DNA of 64,000 bases from Mytilus edulis (lineage: Eukaryota): assembly GCF_963676685.1 (NCBI RefSeq), contig NC_092353.1:66340001-66404000 (forward strand). Reading direction: 5' to 3'. Position numbers and translations under genes: made by a program. The notes below the pieces were generated by a model, which saw only the letters and a list, made by a program, of their open reading frames with translations, searched no databases and was not told the DNA's origin. Below are positions 51,801 through 64,000 of the stretch, piece by piece (positions within the stretch are counted from its first letter, which is position 1; each line of letters starts with the position of its first letter).

Positions 51801-54800
51801 CCATCCAAAAACACAAATGGCACAATCACATTATTTTAATAATGAAATGAAAAGACTGAGTGGAACTTAATTTGCTTATTTTTCAATTTTTTTCTTTAGC
51901 AGTTTCTCACTTTTCAAGTTTATATTCTACAACGCTGTAAGCTCATAAAATCATTGTTAAAGGGCAATAACTCAATTCCATAATAGATTTGCAACCTGAA
52001 TACTGTGGATTCATTTATTTTCGTGGGTATCAATTTTCATGGAACGCTGAAAACTTGCATATTCGTGGATATTTTACTTTCGTGGTTTTGCCAATGTTCG
52101 TATATAAGGCCTATTGAAAATATGTTATTGTTGAACATTTGAATTCATAGTTCACTTTTACCCTTGAAAACCATGAAAATTGGTACCCAATGAATAATAA
52201 TGAATCCACAATATTCTATAAACAGCTATATCTACCTGCAGTCATTTTACCACTAATCATCTCTGGGTCTTTCTTTAAGTCTGCTAATGCTGCCAAAGGA
52301 AGTCCCCAATTTGCAACTGTTGATGGAAGAAAAATAACAAATTTAACACTAATATAGACATGTGTATATTCTTGGATGTTGGATGTGTACTGATTGATAT
52401 TTTAGTCCTAGGCACATTTATTTAATTAGTTGTATTGGCTTTGAACTAACTTTTAGTAACTGAAAATTCTCACATATCGGTACTTTGTGTCTTTTATGTT
52501 TTTGTTAGGGTTTTAATGTGCTTTGCATCGATCTGATGAGTTAAGCCCTTTTCGACTGACTTTTATACAGTGTTATAGTTATCTTATGTTGTACTGTAAC
52601 ACCACTGCCCCAGGTTAGGGGAGGTTTGTGGCAAACAAGTTATACAATGCAACATACTATTTGACAAATGCAGAAGTTTAATATTTTACAAAAATATGAA
52701 ATCTTTAGTATTACTATCATAATGAACATCAAAGCCATCATGGCATGGATATTAAATGTCAATTTTCTTCACTCATGAGGTCAAAACTCCATGTAATCTC
52801 CAGTTCTGACTTGGCAAATCTGTCACATGTCTGCAAGCAGGTACAGCAGGTAGAATGAAATGTGAGCTCACTAAAGAGCAATGAACATGAAATGCATCAA
52901 GCAGTACTAGTATTATTGTTAAGATTATTAAATAATTGCTGTTGTAAACATGTATCAATATTATAAATAGTATTAAATACAAATGTATTATTCATTAATT
53001 ATTAACTTACCAGGACCCCAGAAATGCTGAAAAAAATAAGACACATATATCTATAACTAGTACTATAATCAGGATACATAGTGTTAACAATAAAACACCG
53101 CCCATTGTTAAAGTTTACAATAGTTACCACAGACCAAACACATAAGTGACATAACCACAAAAATAATATCAGAAGTCAATTTTATTTATATAATTAGGTT
53201 TCATTGCTTAAAACTGAAATTTCAATTGAACCATTACAAACATTATATCACTTTTCATAAAGCAGAAATTCAAGACCACTCTAAAAGCTTGATTTTTATT
53301 TATTAAGATCATCTTACCTTGATCAGAAAGTGAATATTTGACAGTAAAACTGAGTAAATAATTGAAATTCGATAAAAAAAAAAAGAAAAAAAAAAAAGAA
53401 AAAAAACGGAAAAAACTAAACATATTTTGTGCCAGTTCCTAGTCTCCTGAAACTCCATGGTTGCCATGGTTTTCTCTATGTGATTACACATAAATCAGGC
53501 TGTTGGTTTTCTCATTTGAGTTGTTTCACATGTTGTAAAATCAAGCCATAATCACTGCTTTTGGCAGCTTTAATACTATATACAAAATGGGTTTTGCTCA
53601 TTGTTAAAGGCTGTATGATGACCTTTCACAATAATAACATACACAACTGTTCCATACACAATAACTTTCATATTCTAATCAAATAGATTAATAAATACTT
53701 ACTGTACTATGTAACCGTGTAGATTTCACAGACAATATGAAAATAGAAAATAAGACATAGTGTAAGTTTAATATTGCATAATTTTTATTTTACTGGTACA
53801 ATGTATTACTCCTTACACATGCACTTGAAATAATCTTAGTGAGAGCACTAGACCTGCTATTTTTGACAAAAATTATTCATCAACAAATCCTGATGAGAAT
53901 TTTGTTTCTTGCTTGTTGTACCAGTGTATTGTTCATGCTTAATTGTACATGTGAGTGGCTTATTCTTGGTTGTACATGTGTATGATTCATGCTTGATAAT
54001 GATTGCTGTACAATGTACATGGATTTAGTTTTCTTGGTTGTAAACTGTTTTGTTTTCACATGCACCTGTAGGTACTAAAACTGGAATATCTTAAAAATGA
54101 TTTTTTTGGTCTTATTGAGTCAAGAGCAACTATTGCTCTGATACGGTTCCCTCATAAATATATTAGATACCATAGTTGAAAGAAGTGACTTTTACACCAA
54201 AAGGTTCAGGAACCAGTTCTTTAGAGTACTCCTCGGTAGATAAAATGTATTGTCTGAGCCCATTGCTTTAGTAATATTAAACCTTTCATTACTCATGTTA
54301 CTTTTTACTCCCTTTTCAGCACAGCTTTTAACTTTATGGTCACAGAGTAAGGAATTTTTCTTCTTTATCAACTCAGTCTTAAGATTAATATGGGGACGAA
54401 GTCCCCAATAACAGTAGAAAAATCAATAAAAAAAAAAAAAAAAAATCAGGAAAATTTTTTCGAAATTTTCATTGTACTAATGAACTCAAAATCGTTCAAT
54501 TTTTTTGATGTCATGTTTTGAATTCCTGCATATGCGCAGAAATCTACAATGTATTTCCTTTTTCCGGTCTCGTTTGTATGAAACTTTGAGTAAAATATAT
54601 ATTTATCAGTCTAGTATAAAATAGGAAGGAACACAATACCAATTTCATTTTTAATAATTCCTTGATATGAAAAAACGTTACCTGATGATAGCGTTTCTTT
54701 GTTTACATTGCATATGATGTCATAACTTAAATAACGTCACAACTAAAATCCCTTACAACAGAACCAAAATTGGAAACGTTACGGTATTTTCTTTTCTTTT

Positions 54801-57509
54801 TTTTAGCAAATATTTAAGTTACAAAAAAATAATTCATACAGACTTCGTCCCCATTTACAGGTAATGCCTGCCTCATATTAATTAAACAGCTTTTGAATTT
54901 TTGGTCACAAGTCAGTGATTTTTCTTATTTATCAATTAGGCTATATTTTATTCTTAAAGTCTAAAGAGCAGGGCCGTAACTACATTGAGGCAAATGAGGC
55001 AAATGCCTCATGTTAGAAATTTCAAAAAAAAAAAAAAAAATGAAACAAAAGATTGTCTTAATATCAAATTGTTTTCACGGAAAGTGTCTAACAAGAAGCA
55101 AATTCTCTTCACTATCTGATGTCGCCCCTGCATGTTTTTCGTGATCCATGTTTCTTTTTTACTTTTAGTTTTCAGAGTTGATGGTCTATTGTTTGAACTT
55201 CTGTGTCCCGAGTTTGTCTTTTGCTTATTTATTGTCGTACTGTATGACAATAGTCTGAGTGTTGATTTTCATTTGTAAACATGTGGTTTTGCAATGTTGC
55301 ATGCCCACCGATGTCCAGATATTGTGCGAGAAAATGTTTTAAGAATATACAAGACACAGAAAAAAATGGTCGTTTCTGCATGGAGAATTGAATTTGATAT
55401 CAAAGAATTCACAACTGGCTACTTTTGGTTGATAAAACTAGATACCTGACATGGTTTAAATGAAAATAAGGTCACCAATTTTCCAGTATCAAATAATTTG
55501 ACACAAATCAATAATGTATTGCCATATGACCATTTCCATTGATGGGTTAAACTTGCATTAAGTCATGTTCAGACCCTTTTACAGAAAATAAAGGAATATG
55601 GAGTAAATGTGCACGAAACCTAATCCCACACAAAGTCAATGCATAAAAAATACTAATGATCAATCATTTGGTCAAAGTTGCTGGAGGGTCTTCAACAATA
55701 AAAGAATCATTTATATCGTAAAACAGGGTCAAGTGTCCCTAGTGTCGTCTTAAGCAGTACTAGTATTTAAAGCATAATACTGCACTGTCACAATATTTCA
55801 ATCTAGTCATAAAAATATCACCAAAGTCTAATCACAATACAAGACTAAAACAGACAGACAGTATATATAAAGAAGAAGATGTGGTCTGATTGCCAATGAG
55901 ACAACTATCCACAAAAGACCAAAATAACACAGATATTAACAACTATAGGTCACCGTACGGCCTTCAACAATGAGCAAAGCCCATACCGCATTAATGATTA
56001 TGAGAATTACGAATTTTGCTTTGTCCTACATATCGGTCTTTTAATGTTGACCATAAAACCTTAAAGTCTTAAAATACAATAAATCTATGTTTTTGCTTTC
56101 AGACCAGAATATTGTCGAAAAAAAGCTAAAAATTAATTGCAATTCAATGTCAGAAAGAGTCTTGGAAACGCTCAGAATGCACGATTGTGTGTTAGTTTTC
56201 TCAGAGCTTCTGGGGGCCTTGAGCGGCCCCCAGTCCCCTCTCCAATATTTTTGCGCCTCGCTCCGCTCGGCCATATAGAATAGAATAGAATAGAATATCT
56301 TTTATTTCCATAAGAGGTACCCTCAAGGGGCATAGTGCATATACATTCATGACAATATATAGTTACAAACAATTACAAATAAAATAAAGCAAAACAACAA
56401 AACAGTATGCTTTAAAAAGTTAGACATTTTAAATATTACTTACAGTATCCCAGTGTTATATTATAAATGTTTACTCAAGGCAGGTGTTTTGATAAGAAAT
56501 AGCCAAGTTGTTTTAAAATATTAATAGACTCACAGTTTAATAGCCAAATAAATTTATTGAACATATATCCAAGGAGTAAAAATTTTTACATTCTTTAAGG
56601 TTCATGTGGACCCTATGGCTAAAATGGCCGTATTTTCACCTCAAAATTTACTCTGAGTACAGGCAAACCTGTGCATCTGAAAAAGTTTTAAGGCATAGCA
56701 TGCCCTAGATAAATAGAATTCAAATGCATTGTATGATTTAGAAAATTTATAACTTAACTGGATTTTGCCGTACACTTTTTTTCGTCTCTGCAGAAGATGA
56801 TAAAATTAACAAACAGTTGAGTTTACCTTGATATGGTCCACTCAGGTACACAGTTTAAATAACCAATTATTGTCAGGTATCTATTGTCCATCTAATGTCC
56901 ATGTCAATTAAAAATGCTCACTTTAATTTTTACTTGTGGGGAAGTTCTCAAACCTGTTTCCCAACTTAGTTTTTTTGGCACCTTCTGGAGGAATGAAAAA
57001 GAGTGCACGGCAAAATCCTGGTAAGTTTTTATTTTTCTAAAACATAAAACATACTTAAAATTCATTTATCCAGGGCATGCTATGCCTGAAATGTTTTACA
57101 GATGCGCAGGTTTGTCTGTACTCAGAGTGTATTTTGAGGTGAAAATACGGCCATTTTAGCCTTAGGGTCCACATGAACCTTAAATATCTTTTGCCTCACT
57201 ATTTGAAGAGGCTAGTTACGGCCCTGAAAGAGTGAAATCAAGTTGTATTCAGATCTTTAAACATTGTGATCAGTGAGTCTGACTTTCTCTGTTTTTTTTG
57301 CAAACAGAGTGGAATAATTTCCAATGTTTGGCAGATTTGATGAAACTTGAATGTTGTTGTAATAATTAGCACTTTTGGTAGTCTGAGAACGCTTCGGCTC
57401 AAACATTTGACTCAAAGTGACTTTATTATTTTTTTCATTTTACATAATTATTATGGTATGGAACTTTTTTTCACCTCATGAAATATTTTGACCATGATAA
57501 GCTTGCCAT
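48860..57509 (-). CDS. MPC1: Mitochondrial pyruvate carrier 1, 158 aa, 6 coding exons
   Basis: Exons 57509-57475, 53706-53703 (4 nt), 53026-53011 (16 nt), 52316-52236, 50858-50726, 49067-48860; 477 nt in frame. [75 protein letters not shown] carries the MPC1 signature. Confidence 0.93.
49886..50225 (+). mobile_element. Retrozyme-like monomer with terminal redundancy (period 316 bp)
   Basis: 24-bp direct repeat tggtatctttgatgagtttattta at 49886 and 50202; contains the hammerhead at 50140-50183. Confidence 0.8.
50140..50183 (+). ncRNA. Type I hammerhead ribozyme (copy 3)
   Basis: gcgtca-CTGATGA-gtct tttgt agac-GAAA-cgcgtg-TC-tggcgt. Predicted cleavage after 50177. Confidence 0.88.
54385..54881. 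mobile_element. ~500-bp interspersed repeat; inverted relative at about 61497-62050
   Basis: taatatgggg...cctcatatta ends. Internal segments are the reverse complement of 61497-61545 and 61830-62050. Confidence 0.7.
54969..57226. mobile_element. TIR element with 6-bp TSD, carrying nested insertions
   Basis: aaagag|CAGGGCCGTAACTA ... TAGTTACGGCCCTG|aaagag. Confidence 0.85.
56599..57179. mobile_element. Kolobok-type MITE (TTAA TSD, GG...CC ends, long TIRs)
   Basis: TTAA|GGTTCATGTGGACCCT ... AGGGTCCACATGAACC|TTAA, with roughly 170-bp imperfect arms. Confidence 0.85.
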
Positions 57510-57805
57510 CTTATGAAATTTTTAAAGAGAGCACTGGAGGTCAAAATTTACAACATTTGTTCAACCTGAGACAATCAAACGCTTGAATCCTTGGCCATCT
57601 TTTCGTATAAAAAAACGCAGTAATGATTTAAAGTCTCTGAAACAAAAAATCAAATATATTTGTGTATATGAAATTAAACTCAAGGTTTTGCAATATAAAA
57701 CTCTCATTATATTCATTTATAAAGAAGAAACTAATTGATCAGATATGTATTTTCTATCTTTCAAAGATATGATTTAAAACCTCGATTTAAAGAATAAATT
57801 TGAAA
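57510..57805. promoter_or_regulatory. Putative bidirectional promoter, MPC1 / CSTF2
   Basis: Divergent ATGs at 57509 (-) and 57806 (+). YY1-like AA(A/G)ATGGC motifs at both start codons and at about 57593-57601. Confidence 0.7.
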
Positions 57806-60800
57806 ATGGCGGCCCCCATGCAACAAAATAATGGGTTAATACTGCCATCTCCTTTAACTGCTCAAGAAAGATCAAATAGATCTGTATTTGGTAAAACATT
57901 AAATTTGTGAAGTCATTCTTTTTAGATTATATCCATGTAAGCAGCTGATCACCAACGAGATAGACGATCTATCGATTATGTTCGATTGTCTCCCCTTTTC
58001 CCACGGCACAGGACTTGTTTATGTCAATGTTTTTTTTTCACACTTGTATAATTTTTCGCAGAGTGTGGAAAGTAAATCCCCCGTTGACAGTTACAAATGC
58101 CTGTGCCTTTTCCAGTAAAATATATAATAACTTTGAAGATGGTGGCCCCCTTCCAATTACATTTATACAAGTTATATCGTCTAGTCATATGTTTTCGTAT
58201 CATCCATATTTCATCGGTATCAGGTCTTTTCGCACCCAATATACTTTTTGACCCTACACGTTTCTCCTCACATGTTCGCCCCTGAAGTCCTTTCGCACCC
58301 TACACGTTCGCGCCAAATTTGTATTAGAATTTCATTGAATAATTAGATATTTTTTATATGTATATTCACCAAATAATTTTATTTTCTTGAATAAAATTGG
58401 AGGAATTATCACATTTTTTTTTTTTTTTAATTTGATGGATTTTAAACTATAAAATGTTAATTATGTACATCATTCTCAGTTAATCAGCAATTCAGTACCA
58501 TTGGACTTTGATGATAATTTGTGAAGAAAATAAAGGAGATATTGGCAAATCTGATGTGTTATTCTTTTCTACTAATGTTGAATAGATATTAAAGATAATT
58601 TAAGGATGATAAGTGGAGAAGAAAGAAATTTACAAGAGTTTTAAAATAAAAAAAGGGTGTTTTGATGGCGTCCATTTTGGGACATTTTTCCATGGTCATA
58701 TTTAATCATATTTTTATGTCATTTTTGTATGCACAACCAGGGCAAGTTAAGGAATAATAAAAACTATATACTCAGATTTACTTGTTCATGTATAAAATAT
58801 AATAAACAGGGCATTATTAATATATATATTTTAGTAATAAAAATTAGTGTATGGATGTTACTGCATCGGTCAAACCTTAGCTAATTTTGCGATAAATATT
58901 TACACAGAACAGAATGTGGACAACACTATTCGCAAAGTAAACAGGGGTTTTGTTGTTCTTTAGATGTATTTTGTAAAATGATATGACATGCAGGGCTTCA
59001 TAATAAAAAGAAATCGTCAATCTTTTACAGACGTGGTAATATCGGTCAATAATTAACATCCAAAACGAATCCTCGTTTACTTCCAATATTACAATCGTCC
59101 GATATCCAACCCCCCTAAATGAAAGTTTGGACTCGTCCAAAAAGATGTCATCGATCTTTGTGTACACAAAGCAGCCGTGGGACTTTCGAAAATGCGAGTT
59201 AAGTTAAGTTCGGTCAGGCGAAAGCAAATTGTAACATCCAAAACTTAATTTAAATTCATTGATATTGTAACAAATACGCAACTAAATGGTAAGTTTTCAT
59301 TGCGTGATCAGTTATTTACGTGGTTCAATATATAGGTAAATATAATATGACGGAAATTGCCAATTTGACGATAAACAACACAGATGCATATGGACGGTGA
59401 CATTTTGACCTGTAAACCTTTTTGTGGATGTTATATTTTGACGTGATAAGCATGTGGTTGCGTAATGTCCGTACGATTTTAGTTAAAAATAAGTTATATA
59501 TTAAAATATGTATCTGCACTATTTAAATATCGTAGCACTGGATGATGAAAAATAAAACAATATCCAAAGTTATTATCTGTTTTATTATACAATGTTCAAA
59601 TCAATGATCAATGTTTTGGACATTACTGTTTTACTCGAACAAGTAACATCCAAAACAGGGAGTACAAACTAACCCCATTAAATTATAATTGAGGGAATAT
59701 AAACAAGGTACTATTATTTTACAATAAACTAAAATTAGTTTAACATGTGTATGGTTTAACCATTGCTCTGGAATATACTTCTAATTCTGTGACATGTTTT
59801 GGACATTACTGTTTGATGCACAAACACTTGTTTTGGATGTTATTGTGACCTAAATTTTACTTGAACAAGTAACATCCAAAACAGAAAGAACAAACTAACC
59901 CCATTAAATTTTAATTGAGGGAATATAAACATGGTACTATTATATTATATAAACTAAAATTAGTTTAACATGTGTATGGTTTAACTGTTGCTCTGAAATA
60001 TACTTATAATTCTGTGACATGTTTTGGACATTACTGTTTGATGCACAAACTCAGGATATTTTTTATGTTTTGGATGTTATACAAATTCCATTTTGTCAAT
60101 TGTCAAAATGTAACATCCATGACATCCATAATAATTCCGTAAAAAAATATATGCAATAATGAGTATTTATTTGAAAAGTCCAATGTATCTGTTTAATGAA
60201 TAACCACAACAAAATCTTATAAATTCTCCTTTAAAAATAATTGACACACAAACTGTTGAACTAAACTTTTAATGTATTAATTTTGAGTCACATCCACAAC
60301 AACAAATTATACATAATTACTCCCTTTCTATTGTAATATCAGTTGATAAATGATTTTAATTTTAAAGATATTAACTTCTTTATCTAAAATATATGAATTA
60401 TTCTATTGAAATTGTACATTTAATGCATATATGATACTGTCAATGAAAAATATATAACATCCAAAACACAGAGGGTACTGTTAAAAAAATTCAATTAAAA
60501 TATATTTCCACATACTGAACTATCTTTTTATTATTAGAACCATAAAGATCAATGTTTTAGTCTCAATTTGAGACCAAAAAATGGACCAAAAGCCAACATT
60601 TATATTTTTCACCAAGGTATATAAAAAAATGCTGAATAACTGAGAATGACCCATATGATTACTGCCTAATTTGGTGTTATTTTTTAGTGATTAAAAATTA
60701 TGATTGTAAGTCTTTTAACTTGCTTTGATGTAAATAACTGCATATATTTAGCTTGGTATGACTAAATCTTTGAAGATTTTAAATTAAAAAAAATCATAAA

Positions 60801-62976
60801 ATATAATTGTTTTTAACAGCTGTCTCCTTTGATCTTAATATCGTGTTTCTTGTGGTTAGGTAACGTTAGTGACGTTAGTTACTAAGCAATTGTACAGTGG
60901 CAAATACTTGACAGATCTCATGTGTGTTTAGACAAGTATGACAATATGACAATATGAAAGCCAAATATTTATTGCAACACACTTTCCAATACTCGTTTAC
61001 AAATTATTAAACACAAAACCAATAAAACTTTGACTCGATCATTATCATTTTTTCTGCCAAAAAAAGATATGAAGATACAATGACATTATGTACGATTTGT
61101 ATTTCATAGTAAATGATAGTATAAATAAAATTTGGGCAAAAACGTGGTGTAGGGTGCAAACAGACTTTGGGGGACGAACGCATAGGATGCGAACGTGAAT
61201 GGGCGCGATTGGTTTTGATTGCACACGTGTATATTGTGGCAGGTTTTTTCATTTTCTATATTTGAAACAACAACAACACTACAACTTGACAAATTTAAAA
61301 CATATTCAAAGTCGCTTTAAAAGACGCTAGAACAAATTTAATAAAACTGACCAGATTAGCCATTTTAATTTAAAGCCAAAAACATGCCTCACTGAGTTCA
61401 CAAGTCGATAAAAACTCAACAGTGAAATCCTTTAGCAGTTAAAAATTTTATTAGTACGAAAACCCATCACATGATGATACTTATAGGCACCTTATTTAAT
61501 ATGAGGCAGGCATTACCAGTGAAAGGGGACAAAGTCTGTATACCTTTTTTTATCCGTCCGTTCGTCCGTCCGTTCGTTCGTCCGTCTGTCCCGCTTCAGG
61601 TTAAAGTTTATGGTCGAGGTAGTTTTTGATGAAGTTGAAGTCCAATCGACTTGATATGATCTTTCTAATTTTAATGCCAAATTAGAGATTTTACCCCAAT
61701 TTCACGGTCCACTGAACATAGAAAATGATAGTGCGAGTGGGGCATTCGTGTACTGAGGACACATTCTTGTTTTTTTTTTTTATTTCAACCATGTATTTTA
61801 ACTTCCAAATATATATATGTTAAAATATTTTTTTCATTGGGTAACGTTTTATCATATCAAAGAATCATTAAAAATGAAATTGGTATTGTGTTCCTTCCTA
61901 TATTTTACTAGACTGATTACTATATATTTTATGCAAAGTCTCAAGACAACAAGACTGGAAAAAGGAAGTAGATTTCTACGCAAATGCGGGATTCAAAAAT
62001 AGTAACAAAAAAAATTACGATTTTGAGTTCATTAGTACAATGAAATTGTCCCAATTTATTTTTTTTGACATCGACGTCAAAGCAAAAGTTTAAAATAGCC
62101 TTCCAAGACGTCATAATTATTTGGACTACTAACTTATATGACTTTTTGCTAGGCTATTTAAGTATTTTATTTTTTTCTGTGACACCTTCCTAGGTCTACA
62201 ACTCACAGGGTAAAAAAATAGCCTTGCAAGAGGTCATTATACTTTGGACTAGCAGCCCCCATGCAAAAAACACTCAGTGAATACCACCTCTGTTATCAGC
62301 TCAAGAAAGGTCTAATAGATCTGTTTTTTGTAATACTTGAAAAATTGGAAAGTCATTTAAATATTTTCTTTCAAAATATCTAACAAAATAGACAACCAAC
62401 TGTTAATGTTAGATCAGTGGTACTGATAAAGTAAGAAACCGAATTGAAAAGAAATAGATCGAAATGAAATATGGCAAAACAGAATGGAAAATGGCGAAAC
62501 ACAATCAATATGGAATAATATATTTTAAGCCTTATAGCACTTAACCCTTACTATGCAAAAAGCTGATAGATATGTCTGCAAAGTAATCCATACAAATAAG
62601 ACAACATGACTGAAATTATTAATTATCTATTGAAGGAATAATTGCCCTAATTTTCACCAATTTTTATTTAATTTTTTTTGAGAAACTTTGGTAGATCAAG
62701 AGAAACTGTGAAACACAAAAATGTTTAGCAAAGTAAAACGTACACATAAGTTGATGTGACTATTCGTGCATGTCTGTCAGTTTAATAAATTACCTTTTTT
62801 TTTCAGTTTTACAAAACAGGAAGTTTTAAATTATACATGTATGTATTTTAGCTTCAAAAATTTAGATTTAACTCAACATTATTGTTCATAATTTCAGTCG
62901 GGAACATTCCGTATGAAGCTACAGAAGAAAAGTTGAAAGAAATATTTGCTCAAGCTGGACCTGTTGTTAGTTTTAG
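57806..62976 (+). CDS. CSTF2: Cleavage stimulation factor 64 kDa subunit, exons 1-2 (start of RRM); gene continues past the window
   Basis: Exon 57806-57890 [28 protein letters not shown]|gt and exon 62898-62976 [27 protein letters not shown]|gt, matching the CstF-64 N-terminal RRM. Confidence 0.92.
58215..61210. mobile_element. Degenerate TIR element containing a second TIR element (about 58470-60654) with an internal ~226-bp tandem duplication
   Basis: Outer ttcgcaccctacac repeats versus gtgtagggtgcaaa. Inner tcattctcagttaatcagca / tgctgaataactgagaatga. aagtaacatccaaaacag at 59641 and 59867. Confidence 0.55.
61545..61770 (+). mobile_element. HINE/pearl-like element inserted in a T-run of another repeat
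   Basis: (CGTC/CGTT)n microsatellite and core shared with 484-768. Confidence 0.7.
62252..62357 (+). pseudogene. Degenerate duplicate of CSTF2 exon 1 inside intron 1
   Basis: gcagcccccatgcaaaaaa...gctcaagaaaggtctaatagatctgtttttt aligns to 57809-57890 plus a little intron; frameshifted. Confidence 0.75.
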
Positions 62977-63065
62977 GTAAGAATATGATAAATAATTATA
63001 AAATTGAGAATTTCAAATTATCTACATTGGTGAGGTAAACACAAACTTTATACTAACCTAGCAAG

Positions 63066-63121
63066 TTTTTATACGACCGCAAAATTTGAAAAATTTTTCG
63101 TCGTATATTGCTATCACGTTG

Positions 63122-63153
<32 letters not shown>

Positions 63154-64000
63154 CGAATACTTTTAGTTTTCGCACTCTAACTTTAGTAAAAGTGAATAGA
63201 AATCTATGAAATTTTAACACAAGGTTTATGACCACAAAAGGAAGGTTGGTATTGATTTTGGGAGTTTTGGTCCCAACATTTTAGGAATTACAGGGCCAAA
63301 AAGGGCCCAAATAAGCATTTTCTTGGTTTTCGCACTATAACTTTAGTTTAAGTTAATAGAAATCTATGAAATTTTGACACAAGGTTAATGACCACAAAAG
63401 AAAGGTTGGGATTGATTTTGGGAGTTTTGGTTTCAACAGTTTAGGAATTAGGGGCCAAAAAAGGGCCCAAATAAGCATTATTCTTGGTTTTCGCACAATA
63501 ACTTTAGTTTAAGTAAATAGAAATCAATGAAATTTAAACACAATGTTTATGACCACAAAAGGAAGGTTGGTATTGATTTTGGGAGTTTAGGTCCCAAGAG
63601 TTTAGGAATAAGGGGCCAAAAAGGGATCCAAATAAGCATTTTTCTTGGTTTTTGCACCATAACATTAGTATAAGTAAATAGAAATCTATGAAATTTAAAC
63701 ACAAGGTTTATGACCATGAAAGGAAGGTTGGTATCGATTTTGGGAGTTTTGGTCCCAACAGTTTAGGAATAAGGGGCCCAAAGGGTCCAAAATTAAACTT
63801 TGTTTGATTTCATCAAAATTGAATAATTGGGGTTCTTTGATATGCTGAATCTAACTGTGTATGTAGATTCTTAACTTTTGGTCCCGTTTTCAAATTGGTC
63901 TACATTAAGGTCCAAAGGGTCCAAAATTAAACTTAGTTTGATTTTGACAAAAAATGAATCGGTTAGGTTCTTTGATATGCTGAATCTAAAAATGTACTTA
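63066..64000 (+). mobile_element. Helentron/HINE-like element carrying a 160-161-bp tandem satellite array; runs off the window
   Basis: TTTTTATACGAC..GTCGTATA inverted repeat, (CGT)n, about four 160-161-bp units (acca anchors at 63231, 63391, 63552, 63713), then ~135-bp units. Confidence 0.8.

Noticed and set aside
52533-52560. Fourth hammerhead (CTGATGAG)
   Set aside because: No GAAA after the possible stem II and no convincing stem I/III with a cleavage triplet.
53812-53856. Possible extra MPC1 exon (cag|gtctag...catgt|gtaagg)
   Set aside because: Not needed for the frame, and it would interrupt the conserved YFMS-THFWGP junction.
63053-63235. Poly-Arg ORF
   Set aside because: Translation of the (CGT)n microsatellite in a mobile element.

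Overview
AT-rich, intron-containing animal genomic DNA. The repeat families suggest a bivalve, probably Mytilus (inference). I reconstructed these host genes from splice signals and translation: a large exon of a DZIP3-type HEPN-like protein (-), DGCR6 (-, 4 coding exons), a C6orf118 homolog (-, 7 coding exons), MPC1 (-, 6 coding exons including 4-nt and 16-nt microexons) and, head-to-head with MPC1, the first two exons of CSTF2 (+). The centre (21091-33247) is a full-length Tx1/L1-type LINE with a 15-bp TSD and a candidate third ORF. It is split by a 4.7-kb CAC-terminated TIR element with a 5-bp TSD, which itself carries a truncated CR1-like LINE and a tRNA-derived SINE. Signals the ORF track does not show: (i) three copies of a minimal type I hammerhead ribozyme in a dispersed retrozyme-like repeat, one copy terminally redundant; (ii) a 35 x 36-bp minisatellite built from the 3' splice site of the last DGCR6 exon; (iii) many MITE, HINE and satellite insertions. 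All calls are by eye; no searches were run.
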